Shown here piece after piece: positions 43,501 to 54,392 of a stretch of 64,000 nucleotides of DNA. Positions within the stretch are counted from its first letter, which is position 1; each line of letters starts with the position of its first letter. Under the pieces are notes generated by a model. That model saw only the letters and a program-made list of their open reading frames with translations, did not search any database and was not told the DNA's origin. Source of the stretch: a bacterium (lineage in GTDB: Bacteria; Hinthialibacterota; Hinthialibacteria; Hinthialibacterales; Hinthialibacteraceae). The stretch lies in the NCBI GenBank assembly GCA_963662285.2, contig CAXXMV010000002.1:1152001-1216000 (forward strand), given 5' to 3'. A program made the position numbers and the translations under genes.

Positions 43501-45404
43501 ACGGTATTGCCCGTATTCCTGATATGAGCGATATTAATCTATTTGTTCAGTGCACCATGCCTGGCGCATCGGGGCAGCCAGTCTCCAGCGCTGAGTTCTT
43601 CCATGATTTCGATGGTGATGGCTCTTATGATAACATAGCATCAGAGAGTTCAGATATTGAAAATGCTGGAAATGATGTCTGGAATGCATCAGTGAAATTC
43701 ACCGCTTCGAACGATACATCCAGCTTCACCATCTACAATGATGGCGGGGTTGCATTGACCGTTTCAGCTGCAGCTCTTGATCAGGATGAACCTGCTCTGT
43801 CGTGGTCGCCTGAAGCTCCGTTTGATGTTGATCCCGGATCATCGCAGAAAGTATCTGTGGTAGTCGATTGGGATCAATTGGATATGGGTCAGTTTGTTAG
43901 AAGGCTGCTGGTTGAATCTAATGATGAAACCAATAGTCCATATCCGGAAGGTGTGTTTATTAGCGTTAATAAGGATGTTGAGCCGACGCCTACTCCAACC
44001 GCAACCAATACGCCGACGGCGACCAATACGCCAACTGTAACGAATACGCCGACTGCAACCAATACGCCGGGACCAGCAACGCCGACGCCTACTCCAGGTA
44101 ATGATCCGACGCCGACTCCTACATTAGCCGAGCCGACTCCGGTTCTACCTTCACCGACTCCAGGTGGCAATCCAACTGCGACTCCGACTCTCGGTGGTGA
44201 AGCAACCGCCACGCCTACTCCAGATAGTGGAGCAACCGCCACGCCTACTCCAGATAGTGGAGCAACTGCGACTCCGACTCCAGATAGTGAAGCGACTGCA
44301 ACTCCAACTCCTGGCGTTGAAGCAACTGCGACTCCGACTCCGGATGGAGAGCCAACTGCGACGCCAACTCCAGGTGAAGAAGCGACGCCGACTCCAACCA
44401 TTGAAGAAGGTACGCCTACACCAACAGCAACGGCTACAACTACGCCTACAGTGACTCCGACGCCGCAGGAAGAACCAACTGCGACGCCAACGCCTTTACC
44501 TGATGAGATTGAAGATAAATTTGATTTCGATAATGATACGCTGGAAGAACTTGGATTCAGCGTATTCCCGATTGACTCTAGTATTGAGGTTGCAACTATT
44601 CCTAAGGATAGTCAGCAGTCGGATGCAACCAACGGAACCGGTTTGAAAATCAATGCGATTCCTGGAACATTGATTACTATTAATGGTCCGGCCATTGAGG
44701 CTGTGCTTCAACCGATCAAGATTTCTCAATGGGTATCGGTTACCAGCGATGATATTCAAGTGGCGATGGGCGTTTACGCTTACCGGGATGGGCAAGCGGG
44801 CGCTGTGACATATAACTGGAATAGCGCTCCGGAAATCGCCGCCGGTAAATGGCGCCAAACCATGATCGAAATCGATGCCGGTTACAGTCGCGTTGTTCCG
44901 TTCCTGGCAATATATAATGCCGGCAGTGAGGCCAAATCAGTCTATGCTGATAATCTGGTCATTCTGCAAGGCATTGAAGGAACTCAGGGCGACGCTATTG
45001 AAATTGCTGAATGGCAGTCTAATCTCTGGTTGACTGAAGATGTCAGCGGCAACGCTTATACTGATGGCGACAAACTGGTTCTAGAGAAAGCGCCGGATAA
45101 GCAGGTCACCCGCTTTGGCGCGACTTATTCAGCCAGTGAATATCCACATTCGGTTGATGTTGAGATTGATGTTGTAAGGACGAAGGGTTCAACCAGTTCG
45201 CTGACATTATGGTTTGGCAACGGACCGAAAGCCTTCCAGAATGACATTCCGCTCTGGATGCTGAAAGAAGGCGTTCCCACTACCATTAAGATGTCGGGAA
45301 CCGTAACCCAGGATGTTGGTCCTATGATTGTGATTATACAATTGGCTGGTGATGACGATTCGCGGATCGTGGTTAACCAGGTGCGTGCGTTTAATCGAGA
45401 ATGA
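37524..45404 (+). CDS. Giant surface protein: NHL repeats, PKD-like, PT linkers, S8 subtilase, C1A papain-like protease, C-terminal beta-sandwich region
   Basis: NHL repeats ([11 protein letters not shown]); S8 triad VWDAG/HATHVGG/GTSMASP; C1[24 protein letters not shown]. Confidence 0.9.
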   Translation: MRRLLLQAVMGLFVLSVGLYAGAQEKVFTLAGNGTSGFLGDGGSALQARLSSPYDVAVNSNGDVFIVDHGNNRVRMVNAAGIITTIAGNGSAGYSGDGGSGTAAALNRPYGLCVDAIGNVYIADTFNNVIRKVDFNGIITTVVGNGDQGYEGDDGSALNAKLNNPFGVSIDNAGNLLISDTGNHVVRMVNPNGIITTIAGNGLVGYTGDGLPATDARISNPLYVNVSVTGEIYIADSGNNVIRKVNSQGLIFTVAGDGEEGYAGDDGQASNAKLTNPSGIAFDGDGDLLIADTGNHVLRKVDSNGIITTIAGAGIAGYAGDGGIPSNAKFDNPVRVIIDANGQIFIADMKNNRVRYITPTAPLSVEAGDDRVAFVNDATQLDASASGGSGNYSYSWSILSGPNASLAQLSSSVDEDPIITPTHAGVYVLQVEVSDGVNSPFVDTTTVLVFNPIPVNTVIINDTISTLDDLSNSIDYDDADERALVIRWNLDTTQIKPEDVSDISVFVSVDGGGYVLLGSAGNGVSSYMKWEESSSDLIEPEFQSGPQFDKSYKFRLFVSTLSGNPQFFGPFDTAGAVSFKEGLDPEPTPTFTPVPVVPTSTPTVVEEPTSTPTPGEEPTLTPTPEEEPTATPVLPTPTPEEEPTATATPDVQPTSTPTPEEEPTATATPDGEATPTATPDVEPTATATPDSEATPTATPEEEATATPTPEEPTATPTATPTWTPTNTPTPTETPVPGDPEIRVDPETLEFTREVNSSVNVKEQASLQQSAPQSPNFDWQILLKSGVVNPDSFSSKSISPFSTPQKSGTVQHMLLQFNKIPSWKEQQELAQRGILLLQYIPRFAYWAAVSSDGSPLSSSAVKNKAIRWMAHSSQINRLAPEAAAGVFPPNAIMEDGRVQVVVTTFNDIQKAAANSAIGKKGGEIIEWINDNLVLVAIRFERLKALAGLDEVEWVEPAPAPNETVNATASQRINATDLRTLPYDVNGKGVVVGVWDAGPIYTHPDFGSRLTVVDSSKPVHYHATHVGGTIGGNAASGQTNALGMAPSVFIRSYDWDLDTSEMSSGYDAGIRLSNHSYGEVVGYYWDSVKQQMEFLANTYRFGLYSSGSAAFDSVVYDKGLLVFKAAGNDRGEGDGPYDTIPPRGVAKNVITIGATDDSDGMSTFSSWGPVDDGRVKPDLCANGVGLYSTMPDGSFASLSGTSMASPSACGAGALLFQLYQKELSDEPDPAVIKALMIHGADDLGRTGPDYTYGWGLINAKTSADLILERMWREGSVSNSSLAPYTLSVPAGSSELKVTLVWTDVPGSPSASKALVNDLDLVLKSPDGTVYRPWVLDKNNPTSNATTGVNTVDNVEQVLIASPAAGSWTIEIQGTSIPGGASDYAVVTEMFQSVDDSQSFRIYNDGDGTLNLESMSVEDGGWINLSPDAPLSIAPGQFQKFDVWINFDQTPYGESTRQIVISSNDADESPYATGVYVTVNNNATPTPTPTVTPEPVPTATPTPAPAFPIIRIEPLTLNYVYSGNVSLFNSALSLPGSANAPSASINAETPDFDIADTTPDGRVLVWISFEPGTDLNALRQEIEARGDEIITLTPEGKILIAVLPENLLSMSGVDGVDGVAPALPRTDSITEAPALDEPFLGAAQPSQADQAVLDSLFEDVSSVQPNALSVMRANLDGQDMLPASADNTLSKYFPPIRSQGGQGSCTAWAACYYYNTFTQASDEDHDVSTGNNDYICSPGFMYPLVNGGGDNGAYTSYVVSRLNDIGCASWTEKPYSDRDYSSWPSEAAWLDALKYRTKSSKQIYVNSLEKVLELKQHLANGKIAATQTPVYTNWYYWKDNQNRGIQNGVLFSHAGETLVGYHAMTVVGYDDERTFNTGSGTSKGAFLIANSWGQWGTYNSQGSGSRGFMWVSYDYFMTVFRYAWYNEDRDDYRPSLYAATGMNHSNRIQVAYKGIVGTPESSQWTSHRALDQTTGKPSGSAYSMTSTNRVIVDMTDGIARIPDMSDINLFVQCTMPGASGQPVSSAEFFHDFDGDGSYDNIASESSDIENAGNDVWNASVKFTASNDTSSFTIYNDGGVALTVSAAALDQDEPALSWSPEAPFDVDPGSSQKVSVVVDWDQLDMGQFVRRLLVESNDETNSPYPEGVFISVNKDVEPTPTPTATNTPTATNTPTVTNTPTATNTPGPATPTPTPGNDPTPTPTLAEPTPVLPSPTPGGNPTATPTLGGEATATPTPDSGATATPTPDSGATATPTPDSEATATPTPGVEATATPTPDGEPTATPTPGEEATPTPTIEEGTPTPTATATTTPTVTPTPQEEPTATPTPLPDEIEDKFDFDNDTLEELGFSVFPIDSSIEVATIPKDSQQSDATNGTGLKINAIPGTLITINGPAIEAVLQPIKISQWVSVTSDDIQVAMGVYAYRDGQAGAVTYNWNSAPEIAAGKWRQTMIEIDAGYSRVVPFLAIYNAGSEAKSVYADNLVILQGIEGTQGDAIEIAEWQSNLWLTEDVSGNAYTDGDKLVLEKAPDKQVTRFGATYSASEYPHSVDVEIDVVRTKGSTSSLTLWFGNGPKAFQNDIPLWMLKEGVPTTIKMSGTVTQDVGPMIVIIQLAGDDDSRIVVNQVRAFNRE
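39280..39730 (+). repeat. Coding Pro/Thr/Glu-rich tandem repeats
   Basis: PTATATPE-type ~10-aa units. Confidence 0.85.
43981..44500 (+). repeat. Coding Pro/Thr-rich tandem repeats including 30-bp units
   Basis: GCAACCGCCACGCCTACTCCAGATAGTGGA-type repeats at ~44202-44370. Confidence 0.85.
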
Positions 45405-45437
45405 TGCAACCTTATTAATGATTAATGACTAATTACA

Positions 45438-45473
45438 ATAAGGCGTGCGGGATTTGAATCCCGCACGCCTTAT
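45438..45473. terminator. Bidirectional terminator hairpin
   Basis: ATAAGGCGTGCGGGATT..AATCCCGCACGCCTTAT between convergent genes. Confidence 0.75.
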
Positions 45474-45475
45474 CT

Positions 45476-47518
45476 TTATTTCTCGATTATTATCCGGCAT
45501 AATTTCTTTGGAGGAAGAGTGAAATAGATTCTCTCTTTGGCCCCGTTAACCGTAAACTGGCCTGAATCAAATATATCCCCTGCATCTGATTTAACTGTAT
45601 AACAATATACGCCTTCTTGCAGCATATATAGTTCAGCGCCCATTTTTCGCGGCTTGGAACCAAAGTGAAATAGTTCGGCGGCAAATTTATCTTCATTTGC
45701 ATCAGTGACCAGCGCTGCTATATCTTGGGCTGGTGTCAACCACCGAACCCGGTTAAGAGGGAAATAAAGCGCATCGCCTGGATCACCAGTGGCGGATGCG
45801 TAAAGCAGCATCGGATTAGGTGATGCAGTATCTTCGTCGTTCCAACCACTCCGCTGCAAAAATGCAGGAAACCTGATGCAGCGATCAGTGTATCGCACTT
45901 CTTCTGTGTAACCGGGGAAATTAACGCTCAATGCTTCTGCATTTTTGCGCAATGATTTGGTTAAGGATTTTCTATCCTGCGTTAAGCGGAAAGTGTAATA
46001 GGGATCATTCTCTTTTTGCAGTAATTCATCAAACTCATGGCTGCCGCTGAAAAATCTGTATTTGGTAAGAACGCTCTTAAGGTTTATGCTTCGTGCGCAC
46101 CATGCCTCAGAACCAGGTTCAGTATTGCCGGAGGGAGGATGCTTGAGATAATCAAGCCGGATGCGCGCCATAGAACGGATTGGCTCCAGATAAGATTCTG
46201 ATCCGGTCATCAGGTGGGTCTGCAATAGAGTATGAAGCATCATGGTCATTGCGCTGGGCCAATCGTATAATGTCTCCTTATAGTTTTCCGGTTTCCACCA
46301 GTCTTTTCCGGTTCCGCCGACGGTTCCCGATGGCCAATGAATGGCGCTGGGGATGACGCCCGCTGGCTTGCCCCGTTCAGCGCGGGCGGTCGCATCAACC
46401 CAACCATCCATCCATTTACTGAAGATTGTTGTCAATCGTTTATCCTGCGTTCTCTGCCAATAAAGCAATGCTGGCTGCATGGCGCGTGGATGATAGACGC
46501 TGTCACAGGCGCGTTCGGTGCGCAGGTCGTTTTTCTCAGAAGTGAAATAAGTGCTCTTGAATTGTAGAAAGCCGCGCTGGTTCACGCCAGTCCAAAGATT
46601 CTCCATCAAATCAACCAAACGTAACGCCCGGTCACGCCATAACGGGTTATCCGCATCAAGGTGCATCATGGGCGTCATTGCGTCTGACGAATCTTCGGCG
46701 GTATGTTCGACGTCAGACATGTGGGATGTATATCCGCCTTTCATGTGCGGCTGGCTCAGCAGCGATTTGGAAAAGAACTCCTGCGCTTGGGTTATTTTTG
46801 GGTCATCGAATCCGATCAGAACGGGAATCCACCAGCGCCACATTTCACAATCGTCGCCCCAGCCGCCGCCATATTCACCGTTTTCCTGTAATCGGTTGTC
46901 GATCCACCAATGAATTATCTCAGAAAGCCTTTGCAATCCTTCCCGCTGATAAACCGCCCATTCAGGAACATCCGCAGGAGAATCGTAAGCAGGGGAGGGA
47001 ATTGCTTTTCCCAGGTACATTGAAATAAGTTTGTTATCAGGGAAAACCTCATGCGCCTGGTTGAGCAACTGTCTGGCTTTTCCTGCATAACGCTGGAATT
47101 CTTCATCATGGCTCCAGACGCCGCCATACTCCAGCGATACCCAAATAATCATACGGGCGCGGTAAAACCATGTCAGCGGTTCAAATACTGAGTCCTTTGA
47201 TATATTGAAATTCCAGTCTTGGTTCTGAAGAATTTCCCGGCTGAAATACTCCAGCCGTGGGCTGTTATTCCAGCGCTCAATTTCTTTGATGAGGTTGTTT
47301 AAGTCATTTACTCGTTGAGTATTAATAGCAGGATGATCTTTGAGTTTTTTAATCAGGCGCAGTTTTTGGATTTCGTTCTCATGATTGCCAATGATTTTGA
47401 TTGAATCTTCAAGAGATAAGATTGTCTCTTGTGAAAACGCAGTGCTGCATACTAGCCCTGAGATCAATGACAATGCTAAAAGTACCGGCAATGTTTTTGA
47501 TGGTTTAAGAAAGTTCAT
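45476..47518 (-). CDS. Secreted hypothetical protein (probable alpha/alpha-barrel)
   Basis: Signal peptide; NGEYGGGWGDDCEM and DVEHTAED motifs. Confidence 0.75.
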   Translation of the reverse strand: MNFLKPSKTLPVLLALSLISGLVCSTAFSQETILSLEDSIKIIGNHENEIQKLRLIKKLKDHPAINTQRVNDLNNLIKEIERWNNSPRLEYFSREILQNQDWNFNISKDSVFEPLTWFYRARMIIWVSLEYGGVWSHDEEFQRYAGKARQLLNQAHEVFPDNKLISMYLGKAIPSPAYDSPADVPEWAVYQREGLQRLSEIIHWWIDNRLQENGEYGGGWGDDCEMWRWWIPVLIGFDDPKITQAQEFFSKSLLSQPHMKGGYTSHMSDVEHTAEDSSDAMTPMMHLDADNPLWRDRALRLVDLMENLWTGVNQRGFLQFKSTYFTSEKNDLRTERACDSVYHPRAMQPALLYWQRTQDKRLTTIFSKWMDGWVDATARAERGKPAGVIPSAIHWPSGTVGGTGKDWWKPENYKETLYDWPSAMTMMLHTLLQTHLMTGSESYLEPIRSMARIRLDYLKHPPSGNTEPGSEAWCARSINLKSVLTKYRFFSGSHEFDELLQKENDPYYTFRLTQDRKSLTKSLRKNAEALSVNFPGYTEEVRYTDRCIRFPAFLQRSGWNDEDTASPNPMLLYASATGDPGDALYFPLNRVRWLTPAQDIAALVTDANEDKFAAELFHFGSKPRKMGAELYMLQEGVYCYTVKSDAGDIFDSGQFTVNGAKERIYFTLPPKKLCRIIIEK

Positions 47519-47556
47519 GGAGTAAACGCCTTTTTACAAAATGGATTTATATACGA

Positions 47557-47589
47557 ACTCCCCAAGTCTAAATCAAAGACTCGGGGAGT
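47557..47589 (-). terminator. Probable terminator hairpin
   Basis: ACTCCCC-AAGTCT..AGACT-CGGGGAGT downstream of the S8 gene. Confidence 0.5.
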
Positions 47590-47631
47590 GGCAAGGCTTG
47601 TTGGTATTGTGATGGAGTGGAAATTGTTTTT

Positions 47632-50600
47632 TTAATACATCATCCATTCCTTAACGGCGGTTTCAATATTGCCGGAAAATATTAAACCTGCCTGAGAATC
47701 TGATGATGGTTTAGGTTGATATGGCGTTGTCGGAGTGAAGGGATAAACCTCTTCTGGATTGCGAATCTGTACTGAATATTCTCCATTGCCTTTTTTGGTT
47801 ATGACATGGAGATAGTATATATGATTGCTGAGCAATGGCATGAATAACCGGGCGCTGTATGAGCCATTGGTGTTAGTGCTGAACATATATTTAGTCGGAT
47901 CATCCGGTCCATAAAGAGATACGGTGGTGGATTCCGCCAGATCATCTGAATCAGTTCTAAATTCCATCATATAGGTGGAAAACATGAATGGTTGAATGAT
48001 ATACCAATTTTCTTCTATTCTTCCGGAATTAAACACACCGTATTTAATATTTCCATTTAACTCCAGGTTTTTAGTTGAGAATGTTGCTAGAGTGTTAACT
48101 GATATATTGTAACGGCCATTAGATTTTGGCGATGTGACGCGCAATAGGTATTTCTGATCTTTGGACATGATGAGCAGGATCGGATTTGATAGCGTCCCTG
48201 TCATCAAACTACGGGTTGGATCGCTTGGATTATATAGACTGAATTGGAAAAATTTGCCCGGAGCGGGAATTCCCGCAGAGGCTTCAATAATAATTGTCCC
48301 AATATCCGATTGAAGAAATTCATACCAGTGTTCATCTCCGATATCGTTAAATTGATTGGAAACCGCTGGTCCATTGACTATAAGAGGGATGATCTCTGGT
48401 TCAACGGGATTCTCTGTATATTTTTCTATACTAATCCCATAGAATCCCTCGGACAATGACGTGTATCCGTTCACGCTAACGAAATACATGCTCTCTTGAT
48501 CAAGATATTGGGTGATGGTAGAAAACGTATCTGGTCCGCTATCGTCATCTTCAGCTAAAACAAGATTTTTATTATCTGGACCATAGAGAACAATTTCCGT
48601 GTCTGGATAAATCAGATTAGAAGCAGAACTGGTTTTGATGGTATAGAATCCTGATTCTTGAACCTTAATGCTATACCAGTCGCGGGTGTGCGACATATTC
48701 AATTCACTGGTGATAGGCGGTTGATTAATTTGCAATGGCGCTAAGACCTGGTCGTTTGATATTAAAACCGGTATGTCTTTGGAGAAAACAAAACCGCTGG
48801 CGTCGGTGATAGACATAGCTAAATTATGTTCACCAGTAGGGATGTATCTTGTATCCCATTGAATACGATGATTAACGACTAATTGATCTTGTTCAAACTC
48901 TACTTCTCCTTCAATGTCTACTGTATATGGGTTGTCGAGTACTTCTCCATCCAATTCGATTACCAGTTTGCTGATTCCTACCTTGCTGGTTGCATACATA
49001 TGAACGGGAACTATACCAGCAGTTATTCTTCTTTGTGGTTGAAGAATTAATAATTTAGTATCATTGTCCATGATTTTAAGACCTGAAACGCAAAGAGTAA
49101 AATTCTGATAAGCGCCTAAATTTACCTGACCACCGATGCGGATGGTGTACGTGGCGCTTGATGGTGATGCGATGAAAACCTGTTCTACATTATCTCTATG
49201 GTTTTCGGCGTCTTGTTTTGCTGATGCGCTTGGATTGCCCGGATCCAGCGTCCAGGGGAAATACTCATTATTTTTGTCAGTGATTGAAATATCCAGATCA
49301 TTTACTAGCGTTGTTACGCTATAATCCATTCCTGAGGTTGTAATCATTCCTGGTGGATCTATCCAGGTTAAAGTAACCTTGATTGGGCCTTCCCCCGAAT
49401 ATTTACCTGGTATTTGGATTTCAGAATCGCTGTAATAATCGTTAATGATATTAGTATCATCATTACTGAAATTATGGATAAAGTCAGCTGCTGCTTTGGC
49501 GTCCACCAAACCCCAGCCGATTCGGTAATCCGGTCCCGGATCAGTGCCTCCGTCTTGCGCGGTGTGAATCAGGATGCCTTTCATAACTGCGGCGATAGGT
49601 TCCGATCCGCCGAATTGCTGCTTGTATTTTTGGGTCAGACACGCGATGGCCCCGGTCACTACCGGCGCAGCCATGGATGTCCCGCTGAGGAGCGTGGTTG
49701 CTTTATCATTCATAATTCCAAGTGACAGCAGTTTTGAACCATTGGCCACTACATCCGGTTTGATGCGCCCATCATCCGAAGGACCCCAACTCGACCAGGA
49801 CGTGATAGTTGAGAGTTCGGGAGTGGGCGGTTCGATTAATATGTCGTTTATGGCCCCGACCGCGATGACGTTTTTACCAAGCGAGATGGGATTCATAGTG
49901 TCATAACCGTCATCTTCTTCTCCATCGATGCCTCGCGGCTCATTCGAAGTTTCCGGTCCGTCGTTAAGAATGTAAGAAGCTCCTATAACGGGCGGTTGTT
50001 GATTGCGGTTATTTCCCGCTGATACCACTATCAACAAATCATGGTCGTATACTATTTTATCAAAAGCGCGGCTATGGGTGCTATACATACCAAACCAGTG
50101 CGACTGATATCCGCAGACATCTGTATTGCCATACCAGTGCCATTTATTATCTTCTTCATTAAATTCCCAACCGACTGCTGAAGAATATGAATGGTTTGAA
50201 GCCGTGATGCGATGAGCGTTAGCATCCATTTCGTAGATGTCTGCGCTGCTGTTCCAGCAGAGAAGATTAACATTAGGCGCCATGCCGCGCGTCTTTTTGC
50301 CATTAATGCCGGATGCGCCGATGGTTCCCGCAACATGAGTTGAATGATAATGAGACACCTTGGCATTATCTACTTGCTTCGCCCGGCCTATCAATTCGGT
50401 GTGCGTAGTGCGTACGCCGCTTGGATCCCAAACGCCAACCGTCACCCCGCTTCCACCAAGATTGTATCCGGTTGAGCCGTCCGGTTGGATTTCATCGATG
50501 TTGGAGGTGTCCTGCGCGTTGATATTACAGGGCACTATTGGAGGTTCGATCTCTGTGATCAGCATGACGCAATCTTCTTCAGCCAAAGCGTCGATGCTGT

Positions 50601-51183
50601 TACGGGGTATAGCAACGCTTGCCATGGTTTGATGATAATCAAAACGGGTTTGAGTCGCGCATAGTATCGCTCCATGATTGAGCAGCGCTTGTTTGGCTTG
50701 GTTGAACATCGTTCCCGGGTGAAACATAACGAGAACTTTTTTTAGACTGATGTCCATTATTTGTACTGCGCTTTTCGGAGTTGCTTCGAGCGTCTTCCGG
50801 ACAGCGAAACCGATCTTGGCCTTAGCGGGAAGATGGGCTGCGCCGACATCGGGCTTGTTGTTCTGCAACCATTTGTATGCATCTGTAGTTGCCGTCACAA
50901 TGTAAGCGTTTGGGTGTATGTACTGTTCAAAATGGATATTGTTAGAGATATATATATCCCGCTCTGCTGGTGATAGAGGCGCATTGAATTGAAGAATGAT
51001 TCTTGTAGATTTATTATCAGATGGAAAGGTAAATGTCCCTGTATTTTGTAACTGAATCTTTACGCCATTTAGATCAACTGACGCCGACTTTGATAGGCAT
51101 TCAATTGCAGAGAAGAGGACGGATAATACCAAGAAGTAACACAACGACTGACGAATCATTCCACTCATTAATAATTCTCCCAT
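47632..51183 (-). CDS. Secreted S8 subtilase with Ig-like and PPC domains, C-terminal TAVKEWMMY
   Basis: VGVWD, HSTHVAG, GTSMAAP; PPC-like DTEIVLYGPD..EDDDSG. Confidence 0.9.
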   Translation of the reverse strand: MGELLMSGMIRQSLCYFLVLSVLFSAIECLSKSASVDLNGVKIQLQNTGTFTFPSDNKSTRIILQFNAPLSPAERDIYISNNIHFEQYIHPNAYIVTATTDAYKWLQNNKPDVGAAHLPAKAKIGFAVRKTLEATPKSAVQIMDISLKKVLVMFHPGTMFNQAKQALLNHGAILCATQTRFDYHQTMASVAIPRNSIDALAEEDCVMLITEIEPPIVPCNINAQDTSNIDEIQPDGSTGYNLGGSGVTVGVWDPSGVRTTHTELIGRAKQVDNAKVSHYHSTHVAGTIGASGINGKKTRGMAPNVNLLCWNSSADIYEMDANAHRITASNHSYSSAVGWEFNEEDNKWHWYGNTDVCGYQSHWFGMYSTHSRAFDKIVYDHDLLIVVSAGNNRNQQPPVIGASYILNDGPETSNEPRGIDGEEDDGYDTMNPISLGKNVIAVGAINDILIEPPTPELSTITSWSSWGPSDDGRIKPDVVANGSKLLSLGIMNDKATTLLSGTSMAAPVVTGAIACLTQKYKQQFGGSEPIAAVMKGILIHTAQDGGTDPGPDYRIGWGLVDAKAAADFIHNFSNDDTNIINDYYSDSEIQIPGKYSGEGPIKVTLTWIDPPGMITTSGMDYSVTTLVNDLDISITDKNNEYFPWTLDPGNPSASAKQDAENHRDNVEQVFIASPSSATYTIRIGGQVNLGAYQNFTLCVSGLKIMDNDTKLLILQPQRRITAGIVPVHMYATSKVGISKLVIELDGEVLDNPYTVDIEGEVEFEQDQLVVNHRIQWDTRYIPTGEHNLAMSITDASGFVFSKDIPVLISNDQVLAPLQINQPPITSELNMSHTRDWYSIKVQESGFYTIKTSSASNLIYPDTEIVLYGPDNKNLVLAEDDDSGPDTFSTITQYLDQESMYFVSVNGYTSLSEGFYGISIEKYTENPVEPEIIPLIVNGPAVSNQFNDIGDEHWYEFLQSDIGTIIIEASAGIPAPGKFFQFSLYNPSDPTRSLMTGTLSNPILLIMSKDQKYLLRVTSPKSNGRYNISVNTLATFSTKNLELNGNIKYGVFNSGRIEENWYIIQPFMFSTYMMEFRTDSDDLAESTTVSLYGPDDPTKYMFSTNTNGSYSARLFMPLLSNHIYYLHVITKKGNGEYSVQIRNPEEVYPFTPTTPYQPKPSSDSQAGLIFSGNIETAVKEWMMY

Positions 51184-51261
51184 GAATATAGTATGTCAAA
51201 TTATCAAATAACGTTCTTTAGAATTTATCACAGAAATGAAACATAGACTGTAAAATATTGT

Positions 51262-51296
51262 AAAAGAAAAAGGGCGATGGATTTCTCCATCGCCCC
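51262..51296 (-). terminator. Rho-independent terminator
   Basis: AGGGCGATGGA..TCCATCGCCCT with a U-tract on the minus strand. Confidence 0.7.
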
Positions 51297-51350
51297 TGGG
51301 ATTGATAACTGTACTTGAGCGTCTGAATACTAATTACTACGGAGCAGATG

Positions 51351-51400
51351 GATGCCAAGGGCAAGACCGCATTGCGGTCAGCCCTTGATCAAACCACCCA
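51351..51400. repeat. REP-like palindrome family B (inverted)
   Basis: GATGCCAAGGGCAAGACCGCATTGCGGTCAGCCCTTGATCAAACCACCCA; a half copy lies at 16014-16045. Confidence 0.75.
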
Positions 51401-51446
51401 ATATTAGGATGGTGATGGTGATTTAAAACAATTGCCTGACTAATTT

Positions 51447-52748
51447 CTACGGAGTTGACACGCGTCCTCCATACGGTTTGTCGTGTAACATACCACGCAA
51501 GGTATATAACTCAATCAAGCCCTGGTTGATGATCCGCTCGCCGCTTCCAACTTCAGCTATGCCCGAATCACTAGCGCCATAACCTCCACGCGCCGCTGAT
51601 TCGATGTCAGGGAAATACCAATTCGGCCAATCCTGATGTGCGCAATCGCAATACCCGAACATGTAGGCGTGGGGCAGCGCTGATTTCTCGCGCACGTCTA
51701 CCTGGAATTTATGGAATGGCTCTCCAGCGATAGTGACTATGCCGATATCATTATTTATCAACAATGCCGTAGTAGCGAATTTCAACGTTTTATCCGGTTC
51801 CCAGCGATGATTGGTGGTAATGGTTTTTACTGAAGCGCGAAGTTGAGTGGATTTCCCCTCCTCGGTTTTCATTTGGTCAAGCGTTTTAAGCACTTCCTTA
51901 GCTAGAAAACCTCCCATCTTATCTACGACGACAAAATTTTCTTTACTACTTTCAGAACGCCCCTGAAAAAGTGGATTGATATCTCCCGCGCCGCCTTGGG
52001 CGAACAGGCATAGCGCGTCATTGCCTAGTTCCTCTTCCACTTTGCGGTACATGGCGCCCACGTAATCTGCTGATAAAACAAGGTTTTTAGAACCTAAAAC
52101 AACCGGGTGACAGGCGTAATGCACTACCACGGCGCGGATTTTATTTTGGTTATCAGTGACCCGGATTACGCCGACCGTAGGATCAACGGGTCCAATGGGA
52201 ACGCGTTCAACATTAGAAAAAATGGTAGTCGCCAGGCCATCCGCGTCGCGTCGCAACCTGTTATAACCCAGAGTGATAGAGCCTTCATCAGCATTGATAT
52301 AAGCTGGGAACATATCTTGCTGCGCTTGTTTGATGGTATGAAGAATTCTCTCTTCGATGGTTTTTAACCAGGGCTTATCGGCTGAAGGAAATGGTTTAGC
52401 CAGGTCGGGACCAGCGTGGGTATGGCTGCAAAGCAAGAGAAGATGATCGATTCCAATAGATTGCATCTGGTCATGCAGCCAGGGCGATTGGAACTCGCAG
52501 ACATCCCAACTTACAATAGCGACTGTTGTCTCGGTGGATTGCAGTATCAGTACTTTAGCCATCAGTGGATCATGGACCGATTGGGCGCCTTCGGTTCTGC
52601 TGGCGTAACCCCACATGGGAATCCCGATAGGCGGCGTGATCTCGACTTGCGCTGTTCCTGCTTGAATAGCTGGTTCGCTGAAAGCGTATGAGGTGAATAT
52701 CATAAACAAAAATATGCATGATAATATTATAGTTTGTTGAGTTTTCAT
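51447..52748 (-). CDS. Neutral/alkaline ceramidase N-terminal-domain family protein
   Basis: EITPP, VHDPL, SHTHAGP, YACHP, SADY, QGGAGDINP, GEPF. Confidence 0.85.
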   Translation of the reverse strand: MKTQQTIILSCIFLFMIFTSYAFSEPAIQAGTAQVEITPPIGIPMWGYASRTEGAQSVHDPLMAKVLILQSTETTVAIVSWDVCEFQSPWLHDQMQSIGIDHLLLLCSHTHAGPDLAKPFPSADKPWLKTIEERILHTIKQAQQDMFPAYINADEGSITLGYNRLRRDADGLATTIFSNVERVPIGPVDPTVGVIRVTDNQNKIRAVVVHYACHPVVLGSKNLVLSADYVGAMYRKVEEELGNDALCLFAQGGAGDINPLFQGRSESSKENFVVVDKMGGFLAKEVLKTLDQMKTEEGKSTQLRASVKTITTNHRWEPDKTLKFATTALLINNDIGIVTIAGEPFHKFQVDVREKSALPHAYMFGYCDCAHQDWPNWYFPDIESAARGGYGASDSGIAEVGSGERIINQGLIELYTLRGMLHDKPYGGRVSTP

Positions 52749-52943
52749 CCCTTATCTCCTGATGTAATTTGGTTTTGTAATATAATGTATTGAATATTGG
52801 ATCATTTTTATTCCTCATTAACAAGGGATAATTGGCAGTATTATATTTCTAGAGTGGATTGTATTATAATATTCTGATTCGCATCACAATAAAAAGATTA
52901 AAATGATGGGCTTTTCCAATTTATGCGTTAGGGAGTAAAACCA

Positions 52944-54323
52944 ATGAACAAGAAAACCACCCGCCGCAGTTTCTTAAATACTGCCATGGCTTCGTCGCTC
53001 GCTTTAACCGCTGCACCTGTTATTTCGTCAGCTAAGCCCAAGGCCAAATCGTTTTCCGCCAATGACCGCATCCGCATTGGTACCATCGGCATGGGGATTA
53101 TCGGCTTTTTCGATACCGAATGCGCTCTGAAAATTTCAGGCAACGAATTTGTTGCTGCGGCGGATTGTTATGATGGACGTCTTGAACGAACCAAAGAGAA
53201 ATTCGGTAAAGACATTTATACCACCCGCGAATATAAAGAGTTATTAAGCAGAGATGATATCGACGCTGTTCTCCTCTGCGTTCCAGATCATTGGCATCAA
53301 CAACTGGCTATTGAGGCCATGAAAGCCGGAAAAGCGGTTTATTGTGAAAAACCTATGGTGCGTGAGATTTCTGAAGGCGCGGCGATTATCAAAACCCAGA
53401 AAGAAACAGGCGCGATTCTCGAAGTGGGCAGCCAATTCGCCAGTTCTCTACTTACTCTGAAAGCCAAAGAACTCTATGAAAAAGGCGTTATCGGCAAATT
53501 GAATATGGCTAACATTCTAATCAGCCGTAATACCTCAATCGGCGCCTGGCAGTATTCCATTCCCCCCGACGCCTCAACCGATACTATCGACTGGGATCGA
53601 TTCCAGGGCAACGCCCCCAAGAGGGCATTTGATGCGGATCGCTTCTTCCGTTGGAGAAAATATTGGGATTACGGAACCGGCGTGGCTGGCGATATGTACG
53701 TGCATTATTTCACCGCACTGCATCGCATCATCAGCTCTAATGGCCCGAATAAAGCGATGGCTACCGGAGGCGTCCGCTTCTGGACCGAAAAACGTGAAGC
53801 GCCGGATATGATACTGGGTCTGTATGAATATGCTGAAACCGCTAAACATCCGGCATTTACATTGCAGATGGGCGCCAACTTCGCCGATGGCGGTCATGGC
53901 CCGGTATTCCAGTTGATCGGCGATGAAGGAATGTTATCCATGACCGAACGGGGCGTTACCGTAACTCACACCCGTAGTACCGAACCTTCACTGAATCAAT
54001 TAGTTGAGGGTTATAATTCGGTTTTCACCTTCTCGCAGGATCAGCAGGATGCTTTTGTGAAACAATTCAAAAAGATGAATCCCGATTATGATAAACTACA
54101 AAACGTTGCTCCACCCGATGATATCGATTTCCGGGCGCCGCGTGGTTATGATGACCGCCTGGATCACATGAAGGTCTTCTTCGGTGAGATGCGCGGTACT
54201 GATAAAGTTGTGGAAGATCCAGAATTCGGTTTACGCGCCGCCGCCCCTGCTATACTGGCCAATATGTGCTTCAAGGATGATAAAATCTATAAATGGAATC
54301 CTGATACGATGCAATTAGGATAG
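52944..54323 (+). CDS. Tat-exported Gfo/Idh/MocA oxidoreductase
   Basis: TRRSFL, PDHWH, YCEKP, WRKYWDYGTG. Confidence 0.9.
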   Translation: MNKKTTRRSFLNTAMASSLALTAAPVISSAKPKAKSFSANDRIRIGTIGMGIIGFFDTECALKISGNEFVAAADCYDGRLERTKEKFGKDIYTTREYKELLSRDDIDAVLLCVPDHWHQQLAIEAMKAGKAVYCEKPMVREISEGAAIIKTQKETGAILEVGSQFASSLLTLKAKELYEKGVIGKLNMANILISRNTSIGAWQYSIPPDASTDTIDWDRFQGNAPKRAFDADRFFRWRKYWDYGTGVAGDMYVHYFTALHRIISSNGPNKAMATGGVRFWTEKREAPDMILGLYEYAETAKHPAFTLQMGANFADGGHGPVFQLIGDEGMLSMTERGVTVTHTRSTEPSLNQLVEGYNSVFTFSQDQQDAFVKQFKKMNPDYDKLQNVAPPDDIDFRAPRGYDDRLDHMKVFFGEMRGTDKVVEDPEFGLRAAAPAILANMCFKDDKIYKWNPDTMQLG

Positions 54324-54392
54324 CCGTATTCAAATAAGTATTGATTAAAGACAACAGGTCAGCCAATTTAAGTGCGTTATCCCTCCCCCAAG

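Noticed and set aside
44190-44400. 30-bp direct repeats as a possible CRISPR array
   Set aside because: In-frame coding repeats with no unique spacers and no cas genes nearby.
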